NCBI RefSeq assembly: GCF_000315625.1
Contig: NW_005434521.1
Coordinates: 73,862-137,861 of the forward strand
Direction: 5' to 3'
Origin: Guillardia theta CCMP2712
Taxonomy: Eukaryota; Protista; Cryptophyta
DNA length: 64,000 nt
Shown here: positions 16,134 through 27,577 of the stretch, piece after piece
Layout of the letters: each line of letters opens with the position of its first letter
Numbering within the stretch: position 1 is the first letter of the stretch
Notes under the pieces: model-generated
Database searches by the model: none
What the model was told of the DNA's origin: nothing
The model's input: the letters and a program-made list of their open reading frames with translations, nothing else
Program-made: the position numbers and the translations under genes

Positions 16134-17489
16134 TTCTGACTGTTGCGGTTGGGGAGATGAGGGAGGTGAGGCTGGGAACGAGATTCGAAGTTGTGGTCAA
16201 CGGAGAGCCTGAAGGATGTTGTTGTTGTCTTCTCTTCCTTGCTTGTCTGTTGCTTGCTTGCTTGCTTGTTGCTGATGCTGTTGTGGTCAGTGTGTGTTTC
16301 TCTTTTCGCAATGATGAGAAGGTCCCAACCGGGGGCTTTAACGGGGGACTGGAGTACCAGGGGTGGAGTGGGCTCTCTTGTACTTTTGGTAGGGTAGGGT
16401 ACACGACTTGCACCTCCTGGTGGGTGGTGGGACTGTTTGTTACGGTGTTGATGTGCAGGGGGTAGTCTGGATGACCCAATGTACCCGGTGTATTACCCAA
16501 AATATTTCGGGAATGAGAGGGGTGTCGTATGAAGCTACCTCTGTAAAAAGGGTGGGGCAGATTGTTACGATGACCGGTCCTGAATTACCTACACCCACTT
16601 CATCGGTAGGGGTACTTCGAATACCTGAAATGCTCGAAGGGGGTGGGGGTTGTTACGATTGTGAGTTTGCTGTGCTTGCCCGGGATGGGGAGCAGGTTTA
16701 TTCATGATCGAGGGTGGGGTCATCAAGGAGGGGTAGTTTTTAGAGTGAGATGTACTAGAAAAGTGGGTGGTAGCTGAAAAGGAGAAGTCCTAGTCTTGGG
16801 CTGGGGTGGTGAGCAGGCGCAAAGAAGCACGAGAACGGAGGTCGTACACCACTACCTACCCCTCCTTGAAATGTTCCATTGAGCAATGTACCCCTACTTT
16901 TAACTGTGGAACAACGGGTGTATACTCATAGCGACTCTGAGTGTGTAGGTGGGGTGGGTCTTTCCCTGAGCCGCCTCCGTTCTCCCACCGTTTGATCTTG
17001 AAAATGAGTGATTTCATTTCATGTCAGTCATCATTCCTTTTAAAACCCACTTTGTAATCCTGAGGTAAAAACAAAATTGAGTCTTCTTGAATTATTTTTA
17101 CATTTGTTTGAAATTAAAAAATCCAATTTCAGGTAAAATTTAACTCACATTGAAACTTACAATATCTCAACCTTACACCTCAGCAACCCCACCCCCACCC
17201 CCACCTAGATCATTACATTACCCATCGATAAGTGTACAGAACCGACGGTCTCATCCTTTCGAAACATTGTATTAATGCATCCTTTCACAACAAACGGATT
17301 CAGCTGATGCAATCGGTTATGAATTCATGTCATCTACTGTGATGGAAACACGTCTTTTCATCTCACACGCCCCCCTTATCCCTGGCAGATCGGGGGTTGA
17401 AGAGGTAGCTATAAACTTATAGTGTCGTGACTACAGGTTATGGTGTAGAGCCTATAAATTATAGAGTTTATACATAAAGTTCATACCAA

Positions 17490-18360
17490 TATGAAGGTTT
17501 ATGGAGGCCGTCACGCTCACTGAGTCAGCTTCTGATATCCGCTGACCAATCAATTTGTGACTCGGATCGGATCGGAGGCCGGGTACCCTTGGAAAGTTTG
17601 CTCCGATAGGCTCAGTGATGAGCCTCGGCGGAGCCAGCCTTGTCCGAGTCGCCCGGCCGGGATGATCGGCCCCGCCGGAATTGGCAATGTGGCCGGGCAG
17701 TGCGGCACACCGTGGCACGGTGACTCGCACGGCAGTGGCTGACGCGGCTGAGCCTAGCACTCACCGTCGACGGTCAGTGAAGCACAGTCACCGCCGGCCG
17801 TTCGGCCGACCGTGACAGTGCGCGCGGCGGCCACGTTGCCTCACATACTGAGCGCCGGGGGGCCCGGCCGCTGCTCAGTGCGGCCGGCCTTGAACTGATG
17901 GCACTCAGTGACTGAACTTCGGAAGTCGTGACGGTGACTTTTAAGCTGACCGAGTCTCAGCCTGAGCGGCGTACTGAAGATACTGTGACTACTTGAAACT
18001 TCACTGCCGGGCGGCACCGTCTGCAGTCACGCGGCGGATCGGACTCGCGTATTTTTGCCAACTTGTCTCAGTAGTGGCAGGGTGACTTCAGTCAACGGCC
18101 CGGCCGGGCCACGGTTGATCGGCCCTCAGACTCAGCTCGGCCCCGGTGGCATGATCGTCAAGGTTAAGTCACAACGACGGTTAAATATCTGGCTGTACTC
18201 AAAGTTAAGTTAGAAATCAGTACGAGGACAATCAGGAGAGTCATCGAGGAGGCTTGCCCCTGACAACTGTCGCACTGTTAAAGATCAGTAGGAGCCTCCG
18301 ACACGTACTGATCGCCCGGTCACCCGGTCACCGGGTATACCAGCTGCTTCTGAGGTGGGC
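17490..18360. promoter_or_regulatory. GC-rich TGASTCA/CCGG-rich intergenic block (representative; also ~1040-1240, 5480-6260, 10020-10420, 56700-56980)
   Basis: Recurrent TGAGTCA/TGACTCA, TCAGTGA, GTGAC/GTCAC, CCGGCCG and GGGCCCGG words with no credible ORF. The function is inferred. Confidence 0.45.
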
Positions 18361-18409
18361 TCTCAGAGGAACAGGGTTTGATATGGCCCAGAAACCATCG
18401 TTACATCAA

Positions 18410-18492
18410 GCAGAGGTGGCCGAGTTGGTCTAAGGCGTCGGTTTAAGGCACCGATCTCTTCGGAGGCGCGGGTTCGAATCCCGTCCTCTGCA
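18410..18492 (+). tRNA. tRNA-Leu (anticodon AAG)
   Basis: Acceptor stem GCAGAGG/CCTCTGC plus discriminator A; D arm GCCGAGTTGGTCTAAGGC; anticodon stem TCGGT/ACCGA with loop TTAAGGC; long variable arm; T arm GCGGG-TTCGAAT-CCCGT. Confidence 0.97.
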
Positions 18493-18495
18493 GTC

Positions 18496-18500
18496 TTTTT
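18496..18500 (+). terminator. RNA polymerase III terminator (T5)
   Basis: TTTTT 3 nt after the tRNA discriminator base. Confidence 0.8.
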
Positions 18501-19516
18501 CCTCCCCCACCCACTTTTAGTTTTATAACCTGCCACGACCTTTAAAAGTCCTCTCTGTACGGACCCTCCAGTGGTCGATTTATAATGTCTATAAGTGTTT
18601 TGTAGCCAGGGATCGCTGTAGGCTATTTGCTTTTAAAAATATTTCTTGGTCCTTTCGTTTTGCTGTATACCCCCAAATTGCATGAAAATGTGTAGAATCC
18701 TTCGAAATCTATTGAAAAATTGCAGTCCTCTGGCTCTCCATTGTTTCAAAAGCCTCTAAAACTTTCTCCTGTTTTAGTTATTAAATTTTGTAACTATGTT
18801 TTCCATACATGTTATTAGAATCCTGGAATCTTTCCAAAAACATTTTTAATATCAAAACTTATTTTAAAATGCTGTTGAACCGATCGAGGGGACTGGCATG
18901 ACGGGACAGCAATCTGCATGGCGCGGGCCAGTCGTCCTGCCTTAGCTCCTCCTCCCCTCTTCTGTGCTCTCTCTCCCCATCATCCTCCTAACTTTCTCCA
19001 TGATGCTTCCTTGCCCTCCTCGCTACCTTGATTCCTTGTCGTTCCGTTTGCGGGATCCCACCACTCTTTCGTTGCTTTCGGAGTTCCTGCTCTGGCTCTG
19101 CCGCCACGCCTCCTCTATATGACGGCTCCCTATCTGTCAACAACTATCGACATGGCTCACAAAGAGCTGTCATGAAGTTCCTCTCGTTCTTTGTTGCTTC
19201 CATCTTGCTGCTCCTTTCTTGCTATCTCATTGGTTCTGCGCCTTTTGATTACCTCAACAGACTTTTGTTCCTGCCGCTCTCGATAATTTCCCTTCTCTTC
19301 CATCGTCCACCTTCCGTTTTGACATTCTACTCCTGCTCGATCTCCTCGTTGACGCTTGAACTCGCTCTCTCCCCTCCTACTCACCTTGTCGTGACATGCA
19401 GGGATGAGGTCGCGATGACAGCGCAGCACCTCGGTCGTTAGAGGTATGCCGGCCTAGTCCTCCTCCTGCTCCATGACTTCAGTCACTTGACTCGTCCTCC
19501 TCTTCTCCAGCACGAG

Positions 19517-22500
19517 ATGGGAAACTGTTTCTCGCAAGCCCCCGAAGCCTCCCACGATCCTGTTCCGATCGGGGGGAGCAAAGTCCAGCAGGCCGACGTT
19601 AAGAGTCAAAGGGTGTTGCCGATAGAGGTGGAAGTTCACAAGGAAGACATCAAAGAGAAAGGTCACTCCTCCTCCTGCTCCCCTTGCTCCTCCTGCTCCC
19701 CTTGCTCCTCCTGCTCCCCTTGCTCCTCCTGCTCCCCTTGCTCCTCCTGCTCCCCTTGCTCCTCCTGCTCCCCTTGCTCCTCCTGCTCCCCTTGCTCCTC
19801 CTGCTCCCCTTGCTCCTCCTGCTCCCCTTGCTCCTCCTGCTCCCCTTGCTCCTCCTCACACCCTGCAGGTAATGCAAGCTTCTAACTTGTCTCTCTAGAT
19901 GTAGTTGAGGTTCAGACTGTCAGTCAGGCTATCAGTCAGGTCGAACGTGGGAGCAACCGAGGTAAGGAGGCTGTGAGGAAGAGGAAAGATGTGCGCACTA
20001 AGAGGCTGTCTTGTTTCCACCCCCCCGCGGCCGGTCTGCGATGAGACGAGCGTGTCTGTGCTGTCTGTGCTGTCTTGGCGCTGCCGGCGAGTCTCACCCT
20101 CACTGACCTGAGCAACAGTGAGCGACGAGCAGCGGACGGGGGAGGACAGCGACGAGTTTGTGGACGCCTACGACGATATCCGTCACTTCGAGAGGAGCGA
20201 GACTCCGGAAGCTCCACAGCCTCCAGGTGAAGAGGAGAGCTGTGCTGAGAGCGATCGTGAGCCGTCGTGACAGTCGTCAACGGGGAGCCGCAGGAGGCAG
20301 AGAGGAAGCGGATACTAGAGGTAGCTCTTGCTGACTTGACGTGTTGGCGGGGTTGGACGGGAGGATGTGCTTGCCGATGTGCGACGCTGCTACGATGGAG
20401 TTGAGAGCTTGCGGCAGGTTAATCCTATGCTGCTGGAGAAGCACGATCGAGTGGGCAAGGGATCTAGCGGCTCAGTGTACAAGGCGTTACACGTCGAGAC
20501 AGGTGGATTGAAGGAAGGGGAGGAGGGAGGGCGGCGGCGGTGGGGAGAGTGGTGGAGATGATGATGACGGTGGTCTTGTGATCTTGACAGGGAGGATCGT
20601 CGCGTTGAAATGTGTCCCTCTTACTCTCAAGGCGGGCGATAGGGAGGAGGTTGTCGTGAAGCTGCGGTAAGAGCCCTCGTCGTCACCTACCTTGTCCTTG
20701 TCCTTGACCTTGTCCTCCTCCTCCTCCTCTCTACCTCGTGCTCGTGCTCTCTTGCTCTCGTCCTTTCGTGCTCGTGCTTGTCCTTCTCCGGCATTCTCTC
20801 CCTCTGATTCCTCTCCTTTCTGGCAGGGAGCTCTACAGCTCCGACCACCCCAACGTCTGTCAGTTCCATGGAGCCGAGTACGATGCCGAGCGTTCCACCA
20901 TCCTCATTGCCATGGAGTACATGGACCTCCGTTCTCTCAAGGTGCCCCGCTCCCTCGCTCCCTCGCTCCCTCGCTCCCTCGCTCCCTCGCTCCCTCGCTC
21001 GCTCCATCCTCCCTCGCTCCCACCCACCTCCTCCTCCCCCTCCTCTCACCATGGCCTCGATGTCTCCTCCTACCGCCAGCACTCGCACGGGGTCGGGATA
21101 CTGCTCGCCGAACACGGCGCGAAGAGCCTTGATCTTCATCGCCTTCTCCAGCGGCACGACCTTGTCAAACTGGTCAAACTCCAAATTCCCAGCTGAGAAA
21201 TCTGCTGGACCTGAGCTGAGACCTCCAGACCCTCGTCGACCTTCTGACGGCAGATGGTCTCGACCTAAGAAAAGTGAGGAGGAGCTGGGAAAGAGCTGAG
21301 GGAGGGAGGGAGGGAGGGAAAGAGGGAGAAAAGGGGGCATAGGTCACCTCAGCGAGCTGCTGGGGGGGTGAGAGCACCCTTGGCGGTGAAGTCAAACCTC
21401 AACTTGTTGTCGTCGCAGAGAGAACCCTGAGAGAAAAAGTGAGAAGAGGAGGAANNNNNNNNNNNNNNNNNNNNNNNNNNNNNNNNNNNNNNNNNNNNNN
21501 NNNNNNNNNNNNNNNNNNNNNNNNNNNNNNNNNNNNNNNNNNNNNNNNNNNNNNGGGGTTCTAGTGGTGGAGGAGGAGGTGAAGGTGAAGGAGGAGGAGG
21601 AGGAGGAGGAGGAGGAGAAGGAGAAGGAGGAGGAGGAGGAGGGGAGGGGGGGGGAGGAGGAGCAGCTGATTGTCTACTGCAGATCTTGGAGGCTCTGACT
21701 TACCTTCACACCACGAGGAGGATCATCCATCGAGATGTCAAACCCTCAAACGTGCTGGTGAACTCCAGGTGGGGAAGGCAGAGAAAAGATCGGAAGGAAA
21801 CGGGGAGAGGCACCAGGAGTGCGGCTGAGAAAGAAGAGGAGGGGCGAAGATGGGATGAATATGATTATCATGATGATTATGATGATGGAGATGGAGATGG
21901 AGATGGAGATGGAGGTGGAGAAGAGGAAGAAGTTGTTTGTGATGCTGGAGGAGATGATGATGACGAGGGGATGATGTTGATTGTGACGACACTTCGCTTC
22001 AGAGGTTCTTTCAAACTCGGGGACTTTGGCATGTCCAAGGAGCTTTCCAACACTCTCAGTGCTGGGCAGACTTGGGTTGGAACAAGCTCCTACATGTCTC
22101 CAGGTCCTCTTCATCCCCTCATCCCCCCACATACCACTTCTCGTTCAATCAACCCCCCTCCCCCTTCCTTGTCTTCTCGACCTCATCCTCTTCGTGCTCG
22201 TCCGTCTCCTCTCTCCTCTCCCCTTTCCTTCCCTCTCCTCCCTTCCCCTCTTTTCTTCTCTTCTCTTCTCTCCTCTCCTCTCATCGGTTCTCTCAGAGCG
22301 AGTCTCCGGCCTCGACTACTCCTACAACGCTGACGTGTGGGGACTGGGCATTCTCGTCTACGAGAGCTGCTCCGGTCAGCCAGCTTATGCGGGATCCACC
22401 TTCGAGCTGCTGGACGAGATCGTCGATGGCGAACCCCCAGCGCTAACAGCTGAAGCCTTCAGCGAGGAGGTGAGGAGAGGGGAGGAGGAGGATGAGGATG

Positions 22501-22745
22501 AGGAGGAGGAGAGGAAGGAGAGGAAGGAAAGGGAGGAAATGAGTAGAGCAGGAGGACGTGGAGGGGGACGAGGTCATGTCAGTGGTGCCGGTGGCTGATC
22601 GTCAGGACGGCAGGCTGTCAACTTTGTGCGGGTCTGCTTGGAGAAAGATCACAAGAAACGTCCAGATTGCCCGCTCCTCTCCTCTCAGCCCTTCATCCTC
22701 CTCCATGCCAAGTACAACATCACCGAATGGCTCGCCTCCCTCTGA
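19517..22745 (+). CDS. MAP kinase kinase (STE7/MKK family) with N-terminal MGNC acylation motif (multi-exon)
   Basis: [82 protein letters not shown]. About 20 aa between MDLRSLK and ILEALTY are not visible; an N-gap lies at 21454-21553. Confidence 0.9.
19666..19857. repeat. 18-bp minisatellite (CTCCTCCTGCTCCCCTTG) x ~10, intronic
   Basis: Perfect tandem copies directly after a GT donor of the MAP2K gene. Confidence 0.95.
21050..21426 (-). pseudogene. Three-exon fragment of alanyl-tRNA synthetase (editing domain), antisense within a MAP2K intron
   Basis: [26 protein letters not shown] | [14 protein letters not shown] | [34 protein letters not shown] match eukaryotic AlaRS motifs. GT-AG introns are retained. 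There is an apparent +1 frameshift in the G7 run at 21362-21368. Confidence 0.85.
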
Positions 22746-22894
22746 GAGCTCCTCCTGCTCCTCCTCTTCGCCTTCCTCCTCTCCTCCTTCCCTTCCTCCT
22801 CTCCTCTCCTCCTCTTCTCCTCTTCCTCTTATCAGCCTGCAGTAACTCGACGAGCAGAGGAGAGTTTCGTTGAGATGTAAGAATACACGAGCAC

Positions 22895-24236
22895 CTAAAG
22901 CTTCAGCTTCCCCTCGAGATCGCAGAAAGCAGATACTTCCTCTGGCTGCCCAGCCCCATCCTGCTTGTCCGTTAGCTCGTCCATGAGCTGGTCAGGCGAG
23001 GGAGAAGTGGGAGAGGAGGAGGAGAGGAAAAGAAGGAAGACCGAGTGTAAGCAAGATGTAGGAGGTTTGAAGTTGAGGTGAGAAGGACGGAGAGCGAGGA
23101 GCTGGGGGGCGGGAAGGAGGAGAAGAGGAGGATGAGAAGGAAGAAAACAGCTGATGGAGGGACCTGGGCGTGTTCTCCTCGCTTCTCTGTAAATGTCGCA
23201 GAACTTCTTGGTCCACGTCCCCGATGATCTTGACGACCTTCACACACCTTCACTGCCCGTTCCTCCTCCTCCTTCTCCTCCTCCTCCTCCTCCTCCTCCT
23301 CCTGCACAACCAACCCATCCTTCCCCCTCCTGTCCTGCTCTCTTGATTTTCTTTCTCCTTCTCCTTCTCCTTCTCCTTCTCCCCCTCGTCCTCGACCTCT
23401 TTCTCGTCTTCTCCCCTCCAGATCACCTGCATGCTGATGAAGGCTGGTCGCGTCCACGGCTGCTCAATCTCCAGGTGAATCCACCCTCGCAGGAGACAGG
23501 AGGAGGAGGCGCTCGCTCTCCGCTCCTCCGCCCTCCCCGACGTGCTCGGGTCCTCCTGGGCGTCGCCCGATGTGTGAGGATCATGCTGGGAGAAGCTCTC
23601 AGGCGGACTGGAAAATGTACGGAGATAGAGAGGAGGAGGAGAGGAGAAGAGCAGGTAGGAGATGATGAGGAGGAGAGGAGGAGGAGGAGGAGGAGGAGGA
23701 GAGGAGAGGAGGGGAAGAGGAAAAAGATGAAGAGAGGAGAAGAGGCGAAGAGGAGGATGGTAGAGACGAGAGGAGCAGGAGGGTAAAAGTATCACTTCGT
23801 CATCTAGTATGTCTTCAGTGTAGATCACATCGCGCACGAAGAGGCGGAGGAGGCGACATGAGCCGTCAGGATAGGTGACGCCGATGCCAAGACCTGAGTA
23901 AGAGATTGAGAGGAGGAGGAGCAGGGAGAAGAAGACAAGGAAAGGATAGGGAGGAGGAGGAGGAGGAGGAGGAGGAGGAGAAGACAAGGAAAGGATAGGG
24001 AGGAGGAGGAGGAGGAGGGGGGGGACCTTCTTGATCTGGTTTGACACCCTTGAGGGAGATCTCGATGGCGAACTTGTGGGGAAGTCTGAGCGATACAAGT
24101 GAGTCGAGGAAGAAGACAAAAAAACGGAAGAGAAGAGGAAGAGGATGGAGATGATGGAGAGGATGATGATGATGATGATGATGATGACGACGACGACGAC
24201 GACGACGACGACGATGATGATGGAGATGATGGAGGA

Positions 24237-24285
<49 letters not shown>

Positions 24286-27200
24286 GAGATGATGATGATG
24301 AAGATGGAGATGGAGATGATTGATGATGATGATGATTATGATGATGACGATGATGATGATATTTGTGGTGGAAGGGATGTGGTTGCCTAGGACGAGGCCT
24401 AGAGCATGAGGAAACAGAGGGAGAAGGATCGCAATGGTCGACCTNNNNNNNNNNNNNNNNNNNNNNNNNNNNNNNNNNNNNNNNNNNNNNNNNNNNNNNN
24501 NNNNNNNNNNNNNNNNNNNNNNNNNNNNNNNNNNNNNNNNNNNNGGGGGAGGAGAGACGAGGAGGAGGAGAGGAGGAGGAGGGGGTTGTTGTGGGGACTG
24601 ACTTGACGATCTCAGCTCGGTACAGCTGAGGGAGGAGGGAAGCGTCCTGACTCCTCCAGCTGGCGTCCAGCCCGACGAGACTCGGCCAGAAGCTCTCGAT
24701 AGATCGGCAGATAATTTGCGCCTGATGCTCCGGTGAGGCCGAGCAGACGGAGATGAAGGAGAAAACAAGACGGGTAGAGAGAGCGCAGGAAAGGCGGGAG
24801 GAGGGAAAGAGGAATGGACGAGGATGTAGATGAGAAGCAGTGAATGCAAGAGGTAGAGGAAGAAGAAGGGGAGGGAAAGAGCAGGGATAGACAAGAGGGT
24901 GAATAGGAGGAGGAGGAAGAGGAGGAGGAGGAGGAGGAGGAGGAGGAGGAGGAGGAGGAGGTTGTGTTGTGTAGTCGGCGGCGGAGTGAGTGGGCTAGGG
25001 GGGGAAAGAAGGAAGCAGGGGCATGCAAAAATTCAGCAGGGCGCTGAGAACTTGCCTGTGTCGCCGCGTCTGGTGTGCTCGAAGGGGCCGCGAAGTTGAG
25101 GCCGTTGAGGTGCTCTAGAGCATCTGGGATGGTGAGCCCAGCTGCACCCGGGCAGGACCATCAGTTCGTGGGGGGAAGAGGAGCAGGTTGTGGGGTCTAC
25201 CTGACTCCGCTTCCTCCAGCAGCGAGTTGTAGCATCGCTCGAGCACCCTCAGCGACTGCTCTGTTTGAGCTTCTGCTGGGGAGGCCTCTGACTCGGAGGA
25301 CAGGACGTGGAGGTGGGAGGCGGCGAGGGCGATGACGTGGAGCTCGATCGCTCTGACCCGTGCGTCCCCCGAGACGTTCTGCTCCTCCTCTGTCAGCTGT
25401 CGCAGCCCTCCCCCCCCCTCCCCCTCCCCTGCTCCTCGCCTCCATCCTCACCTTCATCCCCTGCCGCATCCTCGCAGCGAAGGTTGCGAGCTTGACAGGT
25501 TCGTCCCTCAGGCTCTGCAGCCAGTAGGAACGCCCACCTATGGACTATCAGGAACTTTCCCCCTCCTCCTCCTCCTCCTCCTCCTCCTCTCGGCACTTAC
25601 CGTCGTACTTGGACGGAGCGGTTAGGGTCAGGAGGCAGGCGGCAGAAGAGCGCTTGAGGAGCAGGCAGGAGCGGACGGACTGGAGGCAGAGGTGCGCAAG
25701 GGATACCATCCCCTCGCAGATGGACGACTGCCATCGCCTCGCCTTCTTCACCATCCCCAGCGCCTCCTCCACCCTCCTCACTTCCAACGAGTCCGGCGCC
25801 GCACCCTTCCTCCTGCTCGCCTCCTCCTGCTCCCCCTCCAGCCCTACCCTGCTCGACTTGCCTCGACCCTGCATGTCCGCGATGATGCGGTAGGCTCGGG
25901 CGATGCAGCTCTCTGCTTCTGAGACGATCTCCCCCTGCCTGCTTTCCTGTCTGCTCCTCCTGCCGCTCTGTCACCGGCGCCCACTACCTGCACACTCGCA
26001 CACACCTCTCATGCTCCAGCGAAAGCTCCAAAATCTGACCGCCGACTGGCAAGACCTGAGGTTTCCTCAGGAGGAGCTAGCAGCAAGGATGGGAAGGGCA
26101 ATGGTGGAGATGATGATGGAGAAGATGATAATGATAGTAAAGAAGGAGAAGGAGAAGGAGAAGGTAAAGGACAAGGAGACGAACATTTTTGATGATGAGA
26201 AGAAGAGGAAAGAGGAGGAGGAGAAGGAGAAGGAGAAGGAGAAGGAGAAGAACATTTTGATGATGAGAAAGGAGGGACAAGGAGGAAGAGGAGAGAGGAA
26301 AAGATCTTATACCTTGATCCAGGGGATGAGGTGCGGGTGCTTATGCCTCAGCAGCCTCCAGTGCCGCAGGCAGTGGGAGGGACACTGAGCGAGCACGTGC
26401 GGGTTTACAGCAGCTGCTGAAAGAACCATGACGAGGATGCCCACGTACGTCTCATCGTCCACGTCAGCCTGCCATCTATCAGCTTCCTCCCCCTGCGCCT
26501 CCCCCTTCCCCCCCTCTCTACCACCACCTCCTCTCTCCTCCTCTCTCTCCTTCCTCCTGCTCTTCCTCCTCCTCTTGTCCAGCTGCTGTACCTGAGTGGT
26601 GAGGTACGGGCTTTCCAGCTGGTCGTCCGTGCGATGGACCAGAAGGGCTGGGGTGACCTGCTGGTGGGTGAGGGGGCGTAAGGCCAACGGCTCCTCCTCC
26701 GACCTCCTCAGCTAGTGCCGAGCAGTTCTTTCCCAGCTTCGAGAGCGCCTTGTAGATGTTCGGGGTGTCACTTGGGTACCTGCCAGTCAACGGCCGGTCA
26801 GTGCAAGCAGGTCGACAAAGGGGTGAAGGAGAGTGGGGGTAGGAGGTGAAGGGGAGTGGGGGTAGGAGGTGAAGGGGAGTGGGGGTAGGAGGGAGGGGGG
26901 ACCCGCACCTTCTGATATTGTCCAGGAGGGCCCGGACGGTGAGGTTGAGACATAGCGGGCTTGTCAAGGGGATCATGCCCAGCATCAGCTGGACCCGAGC
27001 TCGGAGCGGCTCGGAAACATCCTCCAGCAGGGACAAGACAACCTGCGAACAGGCAGGTGAGGGGCAGGAAGGCGGGGAGGCGTCGGCGGGACCTGGAGGT
27101 GATGCTCGGCAAACTCAATGACGTTGCGGAGGCGGGAGAGGGCGTTCACAGCTGCCACTCGAACCTTCTCGATCTCATCGGCCAGCATGTCCACCAGCAC

Positions 27201-27514
27201 GTCCATCGCCTGCTGTGGTGTCAGCTAGCCCAAAAGCCGCTCCGCGTCCTCCTCCGCCTCCTACTCGTCGCTGTCTCCTCTTCCTCGTCCTCCTCCCTCC
27301 TCCCTCCCTCCTCTCTTCTCCCACCTTCTCACGAAAGGTTCTGCTGCGCAGTGCGAGATCGCAGATGCTTCCGATGGCTGCGCATCGCACTTGCCAGAAC
27401 TCATCCTCGAGAGCCACCACAAAGGCGCCAGCAGCATCTGCTGTGAGGAGAGAAGAACCTTGCGAGATCTGCAAGTCTCCCTCCCCCTCCAGGGCCGTTT
27501 GTTCAACCTGTTCC

Positions 27515-27577
<63 letters not shown>

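Noticed and set aside
18410-18875. tRNA-derived SINE (tRNA head plus AT-rich body)
   Set aside because: The tRNA folds perfectly and has an immediate T5 terminator. No tail or target-site duplication is visible.
19666-19857. Regular repeat array resembling CRISPR or a Cys-rich (CSSCSP)n metallothionein-like peptide
   Set aside because: Perfect head-to-tail 18-mers without spacers and no cas genes. It lies just after a GT donor inside a MAP2K intron.
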